DNA from: Octopus bimaculoides
Lineage: Eukaryota
Direction: 5' to 3'
Assembly (NCBI RefSeq): GCF_001194135.2
Contig: NC_068982.1
Span: 105,542,843-105,606,842 of the forward strand
DNA: 64,000 nt
The translations under genes were made by a program, and so were the position numbers. The notes beneath the pieces are model-generated. The model was given only the letters and a program-made list of their open reading frames with translations, was not told the DNA's origin and did not search any database. Positions 51,536-63,744 of this stretch are shown piece after piece (position 1 is the stretch's first letter; every line of letters starts with the position of its first letter).

Positions 51536-52329
51536 CAATAGATTAACTTAAAGGTTGCATGCTGCCAGTAAGTCTCTTTTGTATAAATTCCTTAAGTTCT
51601 GTGGTTGCAACATGGTATCAAGTTAGAAAAGTCTTGATTTATTAGTGCTGTATTTTTGATAGTCTGTGCAGCATATGGACAATTAACTATTAAATAAGTA
51701 TACCACAAGAAATAGTAAATATATATTATATAAAAAGAAACAAAAATACGCCTATTCAAACTGCACATAAACACTATTAATGGATAATTTGTGATAATTG
51801 AATATGCAAATTTAGCTGACTGCTTGACAGTTTTCAATGTATGAGAATTTCGTAGGTGGTTAAGTTGAGTAGTGGACAGTATGGATATTTTTTAATTGCA
51901 CTTGATAGAAAATATTTAAAAATGTGGAATGCGAGAACTTTCCATTGAAAAACAGTAAGTTGGTAAAACAAAATTTAGCAGGCATTCTTCGTAAATCTGA
52001 TCTCATAAGTTTAAAAAAAAAAAAAAGCAAAAGAACAATATGGTAGTGATTAAAAGGATACTCAAAGCTTTGAACTAACAATAATAAATGCAAAGAAATT
52101 GTTGTGGATTTTCCTTTCTATTTCATGACTAAGTAAATGGACATGCTTGATGAGCAGGATGGGTAACAAGTTTCTGTAATTGCTGAATGTTCAAGAAACT
52201 TTGCTGTCTTTAAATTATTAACATCTATTGTCTTTATGTAAGATGTTCATAGTTAAAATGTTTATCAAACAATTGCTCCATGCTGTAACTGTGCTTAAGC
52301 TACAAGTTGGAAGAAAAGTAAAATATGTT

Positions 52330-53875
52330 TATAATCATCATCATCATCATTTAACGTCCGTTTTCCATGCTAGCATGGGTTGGACGATTTGACTGAGAAC
52401 TGGTGAACCACATGGCTACACCAGGCTCCAATCTGATTTGGCAGAGTTTCTACAGCTGGATGCCCTTCCTAACGCCAACCACTCCGAGAGTGTAGTGGGT
52501 GCTTTTACGTGCCGCTGGCACGAAGGCCAGTCAGGAGGTACTGGCAAAGGCCATGCTCAAAATGGTGTTTTTTATGTGCTACCTGCACAGGAGCCAGTCC
52601 AGTGGCACTGGCAACGACCTCGCTCGAATATCTTTTCACGTGCCAGGAAGGCGACGCTGGTAACGGTCACACTCAAATGGTGCTATTTACGTGCCACTGG
52701 CACAGAAGCCAGACAGCTGCTCTGGCAATGATCACACTCGGACAGTGCTCTTAGCGCTCCACTGGTACNNNNNNNNNNGACAGCTGCTCTGGCAATGATC
52801 ACACTCGGACAGTGCTCTTAGCGCTCCACTGGTACAGGTGCCATCACGATTTCGCTTTCACTTGCCCCAACAGGTCTTCCCAAGCCGAGTTTAGTGTTCA
52901 ATGAAGGAGACGTTGGCACGGGTGCCAGTCGTTGAATTTAGTTCAATTTCGATTTCACTTGCCTCAACTGGTCTTTGCAAGCCGAGTTTAGTGTCCAATG
53001 AAGGAAAGGTACGCATAAGTGGGCTGGTAGAGGCCGCGGATTATGGTCTCACTTGGCTTGCCGGGTCTTCTCACGCACAGTATATTTCCAAAGATCTCGG
53101 TCACAAGTCACGCCTCGGTGAGGCCTAATGTTCGTAGGTCGTGCTTAACCACCTCATCCCAGGTCTTTCTGGGTCTACCTCTTCCACAGGTTCCCTCAAC
53201 TGCTAGGGTGTGGCACTTTTTCACACAGCCATCCTCATCCATTCTTGCCACACGACCATACCAGCGCAATCGTCTCTCTTGTACACCACAACTCATGCTT
53301 CTTAGGTTCAACTTCTCTCTCAAGGTACTTACACTCTGTTGAATATGCACACTGACATTACTCATCCATCGGAGAATACTGGCTTCATTCCTTGCGAGCT
53401 TACGCATGTCCTCAGCAGTCACGGCCCATGTTTCACTACCATGTAGCATGGTTGTTCGTACACATGCGTCATACAGTCTGCCTTTTACTCTGAGTGAGAG
53501 GGCTTTTGTCACCAGCAGAGGTAAGAGTTCTCTGAACTTTGCCTGAGCCATTCTTATTTTAGTAGCTACACTTTCAGCACACTTTCCTCCACTACTATCT
53601 TGGTCACCTAGACAGCGGAAACCATCAACTACGTCTAGTTTTTCTCCTTGGAATGTGGCAGAAGTTGTTTTCTGCACATTTACAGTGTTTATTCCTCCTG
53701 AACATCTGCCACATACAAAAACTAACTTCCTAGTTAACCTTCCTTTGATATTGCTGCACCTCTTATGTGTCCATAGCTTACACTGGGAACATCTTATAGA
53801 GTTTCTACCTATGCCTTTTCTCCAGATCGAGCAGGGCCATCTACCTGAAAGGGTTTGTGTTTTGTCTAAAAATAG
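52330..53875 (-). mobile_element. RTE LINE 3' portion with complete 3' UTR and (GAT)n tail
   Basis: ORF 53108-53677 ends GRGRPRKTWDEVVKHDLRTLGL. It is followed by a tandemly repetitive 3' UTR that explains all the short dispersed copies. Confidence 0.95.
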
Positions 53876-54906
53876 CTAAGTTTATGACATGTCTAATGAA
53901 ATGCTGGTTCCTTATCCCATAACTGTTGTTTTGTTGAAGGTGACACAGTACCAGTGTGTCTACTATTTGTCTGAAATTGCAGTATATATTTTAGCCTAAT
54001 CTTTTAGTCTTGCTTCTTTTTCTCATGAAGTATCTACTTATTTCACTTTTACATTGTATCTTATTGATAGTTTGAATCTTTTTCTGCAAGTGATGTTACT
54101 TTGAGAAGTTTCTGGTGTTTCTTTATCCTTTATATTCAACTCCTCTGCTCTATAGAGGGTCAATATTTCAGATTTATTGAAACCATTGCCTCATAGATGA
54201 GTAACTGTACAACATAATTCAACTTAATCTAAATATTAGTTTTGAACCTGTAGGAGGAAAATTCTTTTGTATATGAAACCATTGTTCCTTTGCTCATCAT
54301 TCTCTTGCCATCACTCAACCCTATTACTATTTGAATTTATCAGACCAGCAAACATGTAGCTGCCAGTGTTGCATCTTGTATTACTTGCTCTCAATACTTT
54401 CACTCTTACATCACTCCACTTTCACACTGTTTCCCCACAATATCTCTACTTTTACTCTAGCTCCACTGTCATTGCTCTCTTCTATTGGCCACACTTTTGG
54501 TCATGCTACCTCCAAATGAAGGTCCTTTAGTTTTGTTCAAGACATGAAAGCCTCTCTGATGTTGGTACCATAATAAAAATGCACTGACTGGTTGGTACTA
54601 GGAAAGGCATCCCGCCATAGAAATCATACCAAAATTGGGACGTATGAACAAGATATGATCCTTTGACTGACTTAGGAGGGCATAACTTTGAACAAAAACT
54701 GATTAGTACTGTGGCAATCTGTACAATTTATGCTGTAAAATAATGATTAGCCTTTCCCCTTGTTGAAGAAATGTAGAACATGTGAGCATGAAGCAGAAAA
54801 TAATATTAATTTCAGTCTTGGATATCTGAAAATAAGTTTAATAGTCTAAATGGTATTTTTTTTTTTTTTTTAATTTTTATTTAAAAATTTTTTTTTTTTG
54901 CTGCAG

Positions 54907-55018
54907 GCTCTTGGAGCAGGGAAACTTGGAGAATATGACAATGAACTAATTGAAGCCCCAGAAGATGAAGAAGACAATGATCTCCGAAATGATGAAACTT
55001 TTGGACTTTCTGATGATG
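54907..55018 (+). CDS. PATL1: PAT1 homologue coding exon 2
   Basis: Poly-T...gctgcag acceptor and gtaatt donor. EEDNDLRNDETFG resembles the PAT1 N-terminal DDX6-binding (D..NDDTFG) motif. Confidence 0.8.
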
Positions 55019-55437
55019 GTAATTTTAAAAAATTTATTTCGTTGTTGACACACTCAAACCTATGTTATCTCAATATATTTTACCTTTATGCTTTTTCCTA
55101 CAAATTTTGCCTGATTTATTATTAGATTTTAAGTTCTTATAACACTGAGTGAAGTGAGCCAAAGAGGAACCTAAAATTGTTGCTTGAATATCTTGAGACA
55201 GCAGCCAAATCATATCCTGCTGTTTTAAGATATGAAGACGGTATAATGTAGTTTTAATTAAACATTCTTGAGGAAAAGAAATAGGTGGTCACAACTTGGA
55301 CAGCTTTTAATAGGTTATTCAGTTGGGACCAACTTGGTACTGGGTTTTCTATGCATGGTACATAGCAATCTTAGAGTGAAATATTTCATTTAATAAAAAA
55401 AAAAATTTGTTTCAATATATAACCTTATAAAATATAT

Positions 55438-55469
55438 ATATACACACACACATATATATATATATATAT

Positions 55470-55539
<70 letters not shown>

Positions 55540-55615
55540 TTATATACACACACACACACATATATATATACACACACACACACATATATGTACACATATA
55601 TATAATATATACACA
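55438..55615. repeat. Compound (CA)n/(TA)n microsatellite
   Basis: Seen directly. Confidence 0.95.
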
Positions 55616-56029
55616 CATCATTTAACGGCTGTTGTCCATGCTGGCATGGGTTGGACAGTTTGACCGGGCTGGCACGCTGGGAGGCTGCACCAAACTCCAG
55701 TCTTATTTGGCATGGTTTTTTACTGCTGCATGCCCTTCCTAATGCCAACTCCGAGAGTAATAGGTGCTTTTACGTGCCACCGGCAAGGGTGACAATTTGC
55801 ATGACACGAGTATCTGCTACAACTGCGATTTTGCTTGGCTTGATGAGTCTTCTTCTCAAGCACAACGTAAGGCCAAAGGTCTTGGTCGTTGCTTCTGTGA
55901 GGCCCAATGCATGAAAAGAACTTCGCCACTTTGCCTCCATGAGACCCAACTCACGAAATGAACTCAGTCACTTTGCTTCTGTAAGGCCCAGCACTCGAAA
56001 GGAACTCTGTCACTTTTCCTCCATGAGGC

Positions 56030-56208
56030 CCTAAGCACCCACTACACTCTCAGAGTGGTTGGCGTTAGGAAGGGCATCCAGCTGTAGAAACTCTGCCAAA
56101 TCAGATTGGAGCCTGGTGTAGCCATCTGGTTTCACCAGTACTCAGTCAAATCGTTCAACCCATGCTAGCATGGAAAGCGGACGTTAAACGATGATGATGA
56201 TGATGATA
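56030..56208 (+). mobile_element. RTE 3' terminal fragment
   Basis: Shared tail plus (GAT)n. An oppositely oriented variant lies at ~55615-55960. Confidence 0.85.
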
Positions 56209-56921
56209 ATAAAATAATATATGCATATATACACACATACATATATGGGTACAAGATATCAAAAAAATGTGAACAAAAGGAGAAACGAAAACATAAAAAA
56301 CAAAAGCATGAAAAACGAACATTTTTTCGAACAACGAAAGAAACAACTACAGAAACGAGATAGGCAATATGAAGAACCTTCCCTTCATCAGTTGTCCCGT
56401 TTTATCTACTCTGCATTTTGAAGGTAGGGACAAGACGAGACTTTGTTAAAACAATGCTTCCCGCAGAGCAAATTAAATAAAATTTGAGATTTTTTGCAGA
56501 GGGTTAAAGTGTTAAAAAAAACAGGACAGTAAGAAGAAAACAGTTAAAACAAACAGTGAGGGCTGTTAAGCCATAACGAGGTGAAGTGGTGAATGCTGGA
56601 AAAATGAGCTTTGAGAAGAGACAAGCAAAAGCACGTCTTTGTGAAGGAAGTGGAAGAAAGATAGATAGCCATTGGTTTCGTGTGAGCAATGAGAGTCAAG
56701 GAGGAAGAGTGAGAGAGAGAGGGGGAACAGTGAAGGGGAGAGAAAAATAGAAAGGAAGAAGAACAAGAGAGGGAGATAGGTTGTAGAGTGCACATCAGAA
56801 TTAGGATAAAACTTACTTGGAAATGGATGCATGACGTTTGATCATATAATAATAAAATGTGCATATATATACACATACATGTACATGTCTACATATATGT
56901 GTGTGTGTGTTTGTATCTATG

Positions 56922-56974
<53 letters not shown>

Positions 56975-57011
56975 AGAAATGTTAAATAAAGGTGTTATTC
57001 AAATCTTTATA

Positions 57012-57098
57012 CTTCCAACATGTTTCGAAGAAAACATTGGTGTTATTCCAGAGGGAATAAAATGATGTAAAACAATGCTGTCTTCTCATCAGGGGAAA
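57012..57098 (-). ncRNA. Penelope-type minimal type I hammerhead, partly decayed
   Basis: Minus strand reads TTCCC CTGATGA GAAGACAGCATTG...CAATGTTTTCTTC GAAA CATG TT^GGAAG. Stem II is a 13-bp imperfect helix with an inner TTATTCC/GGAATAA hairpin. Stem III is the palindrome ACATGT. Stem I is imperfect. The tail runs into (TA)n. Confidence 0.65.
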
Positions 57099-57207
57099 AA
57101 AAAAGAGAAACAAAGTACATCAATAAGCCATTTTAACCAAATGTGATAACTGCATATGTTTTTTCCATGTTATTTGTGCATATTGAAAAAATGCACATGC
57201 ATTTATA

Positions 57208-57793
57208 TATATATATTTATATAAGGGCATTACTACAGAATAATGCCACACACTAGACTTCCATAATAAACAAATTTTTACCAAATGCGAGGAAAAGCAA
57301 CTCTTAAAAAAAACGAACCTTTTAAAAACAAACTCCACTATATATCGAACAATTTCACGATTATTAGAATATTATCTAACTTTCGATCATCAGTATAGTA
57401 TGGTACAAATATATAAAAATAAACAAAATCCTCAACTTACCAAAACAAACACCTTATGTATCCGACATAGCAAACAGAATAATGTTTATCCTTATACATC
57501 TATGTAAAAAGCAGGAATTTTTTTAATTGCTCTCGGTACACATGTTTAAAACGGAATAAAATTCAGCACTGAATATATTCTGGATATATATTTAATTAAT
57601 TCAATAAGATAAAATCTTTTACAAGAATTTTATCAAGAAGCTAGCGTGAAAAAACTCCTAAGGGAAAAATAAACTATCATTTTTTATTCCCAAGAATATA
57701 TTTATTTATTTATATTTATATAAGGGCATTACTACAGAATAATGCCAAACACTAGACTTTTTTTCATGCTAGCTTCTTGATAAAATTCTTGTA
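57208..57793 (-). mobile_element. Retrozyme-like element B: 499-bp head-to-tail unit plus short inversion
   Basis: ataagggcattact occurs at 57221 and 57720. 57759-57793 is an inverted copy of ~57619-57654. Collinear with element A, sharing blocks such as aattcagcactgaatatattctgg and ttttacaagaattt.atcaag.agctagc. Confidence 0.8.
57337..57399 (-). ncRNA. Type I hammerhead ribozyme in element B
   Basis: Minus strand reads ACTATA CTGATGA TCGA-aag-TTAGA-taatat-TCTAA-taa-TCGT GAAA TTGTTCGA TA^TATAGT. Intact core, 6-bp stem I and AUA cleavage site. There is a T-T mismatch at the first stem II pair. Confidence 0.85.
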
Positions 57794-57832
57794 TACATAC
57801 ATATATACATACTTACATATATTTACATACGT

Positions 57833-57876
<44 letters not shown>

Positions 57877-57986
57877 TGATTGGATAGAAAAAGAAATTAA
57901 GATATTGATATGAACTCTTATGTCTTGTTTTATTGCTAGGTAGATTAAAAATAAAACTTTAATAAATATTGTTTTTCATTTACCAG

Positions 57987-58150
57987 CATATGAATGGCAG
58001 GAAGACCATAATCCATTACAGGCAGGTTTTCCGCTTAATAGCAGACCAATTGAAAATCAAGGTCTTGAAAAATCATCTAAGTTGTCTCAGGAGATCACCC
58101 CCAAAGCATTCCTAGATGAGAATTTCGAGGATGTCTTCCGAATACAGGAG
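57987..58150 (+). CDS. PATL1: PAT1 homologue coding exon 3
   Basis: tttaccag acceptor and gtattt donor, 164 nt, phase 1/0. Begins (A)YEWQEDH, continuing the TFG...W..H motif of PAT1 N-termini. Confidence 0.8.
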
Positions 58151-59383
58151 GTATTTATTTTCATGTGAAGCTATTTCTCTTTATATTTGACTTTGTTTAC
58201 TTATGCATAATCTTCTTTAATCATAGCCAAACTGTACTAAGGATACTGAGTTTGTCCAACAAAGGAATATTGTCTTGATTCTGCAATGTCACACATCTAT
58301 TTTAGCAGTGACATTATTATCTCTTATATGGTGTTAAAATAAAGCATTTCATTTCATTAACAATCCAGTCTTTAGTTCAACATTTATTGTTTCTTTGCAG
58401 ACTTACTGTATATTGTGAAAATGTGTAGTTTTATGTTTTTAGATTCATGATTGTATACATAAAAATAATCTTTAATTGAAAAACATGTTAGGGTTGGTAA
58501 TATGAAGAGCCTCTGATTAAATTAAATAATTATTAAATTAATTCCTATCAAATCCATTCTTGTATGGAAATGTGGGCATTCGTTAAGGATATATAAGATT
58601 AATGATTTCCCTAATAATAATTTTGCAGTGAAAATTTCCAGAACCTGCATGTTTGACAACAGAAGAATAATGATTTTTTAAACCTAGTTAAGTATTCCAC
58701 TTTAGTGCCATTAGAATTATACATGCAGATTCTAAAGGCATCTATAGAAATCTGGAAATTATCATAAGTGGTTACATTACCTGACAATATAGTGCATATG
58801 ACTTATTTTGTATTAATCTCATATATAATTAAATTGTTATATAAACTTATATGTTGAACAAAGTTTTTCTCTTGTCAATTTTTCATTCTGATAACAATAT
58901 TTAATTTGTGCAATGGCTTATTCAGTATAAGAATCATTGTATTGGGTAGGGTGTGTCTGTGTATAGCTATTATCTCTTTAAATTGTTAATGTTCTGCTTT
59001 ACTTTTCAGTATAGAACTTAAATCAGTTGACTGATCTGTTATGGTTTCGACTGAAATGTTAGAGCTTACGTTTGATTGTTCTTTCTATGTATTGAGCAAT
59101 AGGAATGCCCTATTTTCAAAATACCATGAGATATTTAGTTATGATCCTTTATGTTCTCAGTTTAATCCCACCTGAGGTCAACATTGCTTTTCATCCTTTC
59201 AGGGTCAATAAAACGAACAGCTAAATACTTAGGTTGATTTAATCAGTTATATCTTTCTCCAAAAAATGTGTATCCCTTCTCACAATCTTAAAAATCAATA
59301 TTAAAAAATGGTGAGATTCATTACTGTCAGCATCAAAAAAGAAAACTCTGTCTAAACCAAGGCTTTTTTATTTTCTATTTCAG

Positions 59384-59521
59384 GAGTTTCTGGAAGAAAG
59401 TATTTACAATCTTGTGGTTGATGATGATGAGGAGGAGGATGAGAGGCTTGATTTGTCTGATAAGAGATTTAATGCCAATACATCAGTCTCCAATTCAAGT
59501 TATGCTAAAGATGTACCAAAA
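59384..59521 (+). CDS. PATL1: PAT1 homologue coding exon 4
   Basis: tatttcag acceptor and gtaagc donor, 138 nt. Encodes EFLEESIYNLVVDDDEEEDE.... Confidence 0.8.
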
Positions 59522-59908
59522 GTAAGCAAGACAGTGACCTTTATAATATATGTAAAAGTCCAAAGTAGTATTCTAAGTAGGGAACGTTTTTAGGGTCAGT
59601 CGCTTTGGAAAGATAATGTCTTGAAACAAAGGATCATTGGATAAAGATCCTAGGTTTCCCCAAAACTGATGGTTCTGATTATGACTCTGAATTTGAGAAG
59701 CTGAAATCTGTAAATAATAGAATCTATGATTTATAATAGTATCTATAATTGTTTCATTGAATAAGTCAAAAAAATTCCTCTTATGAACTGTTTACATGTT
59801 ATCTTACATAGTAATATTTAATTTTTTTTAATTTAGAAACCTATTAATCTTAATCATTTGTTTGGTCCATCATCTCCTCCTGGACTTTTGGATACTGAGC
59901 ACTTGGTA

Positions 59909-60000
59909 AGATTATTATTATTATTATTACTCTTATTATTACTCTTATTACTCTTATTTTACTCTTATTATTACTCTTATTTTACTCTTATTATTATTAG
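59909..60000. repeat. (TTA)n / TTACTC compound microsatellite
   Basis: Seen directly. Confidence 0.9.
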
Positions 60001-61694
60001 TAGTATCAAAGGCAGTGGACTGTGGAATTTGTAGAGGACTGAACAAAAAAACTTAAATCACATTCTTCTACAAATGAAGTTCATGAACTGCCAAATTTGT
60101 TGTTGCATTTCATCCTTATGGAGTTAATAAATTAACCACCAGTCAAATACTGGAATTGATTGCATTGGCAAACCCTGTTTCTGAAGTTTGTGGTCTGTGC
60201 CAATGTTTGCTCATTATTGGTACTATATTTATTAGTTAGGTAGTTGTAACTCTTCAGCTGAAATATCTTCATTTACTGTGATGATTCTCATAAGAGTCAT
60301 GACAACAAGTTACCATCTGCTCATCTCTTATGGCTTATATTAAGTGTTAATATTTTGGCAAAAGGTATCTGGAGTTGCTTATAAAATCTTGGTTGGGAAT
60401 AGCTTCTCACCTAATCATTATTAGAACCCTTTAACAACATCCTACTCCTGCTGCTACAGCAATGAAGGCAGGAACATTTTTGTGAAACACAAACAAGAAA
60501 ATCTCTAGAGACAAATGTATATATTTTCTTAGGGATTGCCCCTTCCTTTTTAACATGTAAATAGTGTGCCATTTGATCAACCACATTGTCTGGTGATGGT
60601 AAGTTGAGATTTTACATCTTACAGAAAACATTTCTCTGGATAAATTAAAATTTATTTTTTTTACACGCCTTGTAATAATGAAATGTTTACAGTGCTTGTG
60701 CTCAGTGGTAGGCTTGTGAAGAAGAAACTGAATTCATAAGATTTTTATTTCTAGTTGGAACTCCGCCATTTTGTTTTTCAACTCTGCTTATAGAAAAAAT
60801 ATGAATATCATACCTTCTTATTTCTCCTCCCTGAATTGTAAATCTTAACTTCTAATGTAGAAATGAACATTGTTGATGTAAAATGTGGTGGTAAGATCAA
60901 TGAACTTACGATCAATTTCAAAGTGCAAGTGATCTACTTCCTTTTATGAAAGGCACGAAAAGCATAATGTTTTGAATTCCTCTCCAATAAAACTTAAGGT
61001 TCTATGTCTAGTGTGAAAAGCTAAAGTATATTTCATATACTTTGTAAGTCGAAAACTTAACTGACTGAATTTTATTCTTGCTCTAATTTGTGTAACTCAA
61101 TCTTTTGTGTATGTAGAAATCGGTTATAAATTTAATTTTAATGAAGTAACAGGTCAGAATTGTCTTTTTTTATATTAAGTTAGATATATAAATGTAAATT
61201 GAGCATCAATGAGTAATGTATACAGAGAATATAACTGGAATAACATTTTCTCAAGTGCATCTTGTATTCTCAGCCACATCACTAGCACAAGCATGGTTGT
61301 GTGCTTGAGTTCACTTTGCAACTATGCATTTCTGGGTTCAGTCACACTGCATAGAATCCTGGGCAAGTGTCTGCTACCATAGCCACTTTATTGGATTTTA
61401 GTCAATAGAAACTGGCAAGCTATGAATGAAACTAATCTTATTCAGAGTGACTGTCCATTTATTTGCAAGCATTCAGTTCAGGCCACTGGTTTGAGGATAA
61501 CTTTCCTTACTTCACTTGGAAGTCCTGAAAAAGATCATGTGTGCTGCCCTTCATTGTCTGTTAACTATTAAAGCTAAAATTTCTTGTGATTAGTTACTGT
61601 GGAGTGACACAGTCCACTGTTATAAGTAGGTATGGTACAGTAGTTCAAGTGGTTTGTCAAGTTAAATTTAAGTTCTAAGAAGATAAGTGTCAGC

Positions 61695-61774
61695 TTTCTA
61701 ATTATCTTAATTTTCATATATTACATAATCTAGTTTTCTAATTATCTTAATTTTCATATATTACATAATCTTGT
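61695..61774. repeat. 40-bp tandem duplication
   Basis: tttctaattatcttaattttcatatattacataatct.gt occurs twice. Confidence 0.9.
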
Positions 61775-62019
61775 TTTCACTGGATGATAGAACCAAATTT
61801 TGACTATCATTAAAAGGTATTTTGAAATATATAAAGTGCTGTAGTGAGCACTTTAGAAAAAGTTTTAAATCTACTCATACCAAAAGATGCAATCTGTTAA
61901 AAATTAATGTAAAATGTGGTATTGAAAGAATTAAATTTATTTCCATAGGGAAAAATTAATACTGTATTTTTTAAGAATTTTGGTAGAGAAACTTGAATTT
62001 AAATATTTTGTATTCTAAG

Positions 62020-62163
62020 GTATCACCAAACAGCCACAGTATTTGGTGGTCTCCTCCAGCAGAGATTTTGCAGCCTGGTAACACACAGCCCAAACCAAAT
62101 CCACCTGATAGTCTTCAGTCTTTCTTTAATTTTGCCAAATCGACTGGGCAAACTAGCCTTCAG
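62020..62163 (+). CDS. PATL1: PAT1 homologue coding exon 5 (gene continues beyond the window)
   Basis: tattctaag acceptor and gtaagc donor, 144 nt, phase 0/0. Encodes VSPNSHSIWWSPPAEILQP..., with an SIW motif followed by Pro/Gln-rich sequence. Confidence 0.75.
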
Positions 62164-62489
62164 GTAAGCAGATTGTAGGTATCTTCAGTTAAGGCAGGCT
62201 AATGCTGTTACTCTTAGGCAGTCTGTTATCCAAGAATTACAACTCTTAAACAAGAAAATTTTATAAAAAGAAAAATCCTCCTAAATCTGGATATGTATCT
62301 TTTCATAGCATAATTTTAACATTCACATACTGAGGTCATTACATGTTTTCTGGAATGTTGAACATCCAGTGATTGTCATTGAATGTATTCTAATAAGACA
62401 GCTATTCAGTTCTTGGTCTAACATCACCCCTGGTTCTATGATATAAACTTCTTGTTCAAAGTGAATTAAATTAAAACCAAACAATTTCA

Positions 62490-62825
62490 TTGAAAACTGT
62501 ACAGGTCAGTAAGGTGAGAGTTAACTATGAGTACAAGGAAGAATTTAGTGTACAGGCAGGTGTTCATCAAGGCTCAGTTCTCAGTCCCCTCCTGTTCATC
62601 ATTGTCCTCCAGGCCATAACAGGAATTCAAATCTGGCAGTTTCTGGGAGCTACTATATGCTGATGATCTTGCCCTCATAGCAGATTCTATATCAGGGCTA
62701 GAAAAGAAATTTCAGGTGTGGAAGCAAAACCTGGAATCATAAGATTAACTTGGCAAAGACCAACGTCTTAGTAAGCAAGAAAACAGACAAGACCTTATCC
62801 CCTTTCAGGTAAGTGGTTCTGCTCA
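62490..62825 (+). mobile_element. Degenerate RTE RT fragment
   Basis: GVHQGSVLSPLLFIIVLQAI and LYADDL motifs. Confidence 0.85.
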
Positions 62826-63662
62826 TAGATCTAATTGAGCAGGCCTACAGGGAATACAACTGTGACCATTGCATATCTTTGTGCATCTAGGACTACATTA
62901 TTTAATGTGTCCATCTTGTAAGATAGTAAAATGTCATTTGTAGGAATCTGATTATTACTTGTAGGTCAAGTGATTGAATAGGGGGGGGGGGGTCATCTTA
63001 CCAAAAATTATCTTGCTGAATTAGACAATGGCTGATATGTCTGATATACCATTTAATGGTTACTGGCTATAGACACATTCCAGCTCTGATTGTTTTATAC
63101 TGATTCATATAAGAATGGTTAGCAATAGCCAAGAATGTTATTGTATAATTATGAAAGGATAGTGTTCAGAGTTAATTTGAAGATTTTTTTTTTGTCATCT
63201 GCTGCATTTCTTTGCTGATTAAGTTTTAAAATCTCGGTATGTTGAACATGTTATACAGGTCTGGTATTTTGTTTAACCTTTTCTTTACTTTGTTGCTAAC
63301 CAAAGTACACGTTTTATGTCTTTCAGTAAAATTCTAAAATAATCATGAATTTAGACTCGTTTCATAACTCTTATTAATCAGCATAGTGATTTTTGGAACA
63401 CAGTTTAACAAAAGGTCCTTAAGCAAATCAATTTCATAGTTTTTGTCTCAAAGTGAATCTAATTACAGGTAAATACAATGAAATATAGAATTAAGTTTTG
63501 TATAAACACCAGCATAGAAAATAAGTTATTAGCTAATATTCAATGAATATACAACAAAATTTTAATATAGAAGAATTGTGCAAATTACTGGATTATCTAT
63601 CATTTGAATTTAATGTACATAAGGACACGTGTACCATACAAGTAAAACAATGAAATAGTGGA

Positions 63663-63742
63663 ATTTCGTGTTGCAACTCGAGGTATTTCGTGTTGCAACT
63701 CGAGGTATTTCGTGTTGCAACTCGAGGTATTTCGTGTTGCAA
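63663..63742. repeat. 22-bp minisatellite, ~3.6 perfect copies
   Basis: Unit atttcgtgttgcaactcgaggt. Confidence 0.95.
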
Positions 63743-63744
63743 GA

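Noticed and set aside
52713-52835. Exact ~57-bp duplication on either side of a 10-N gap
   Set aside because: Typical unmerged contig overlap.
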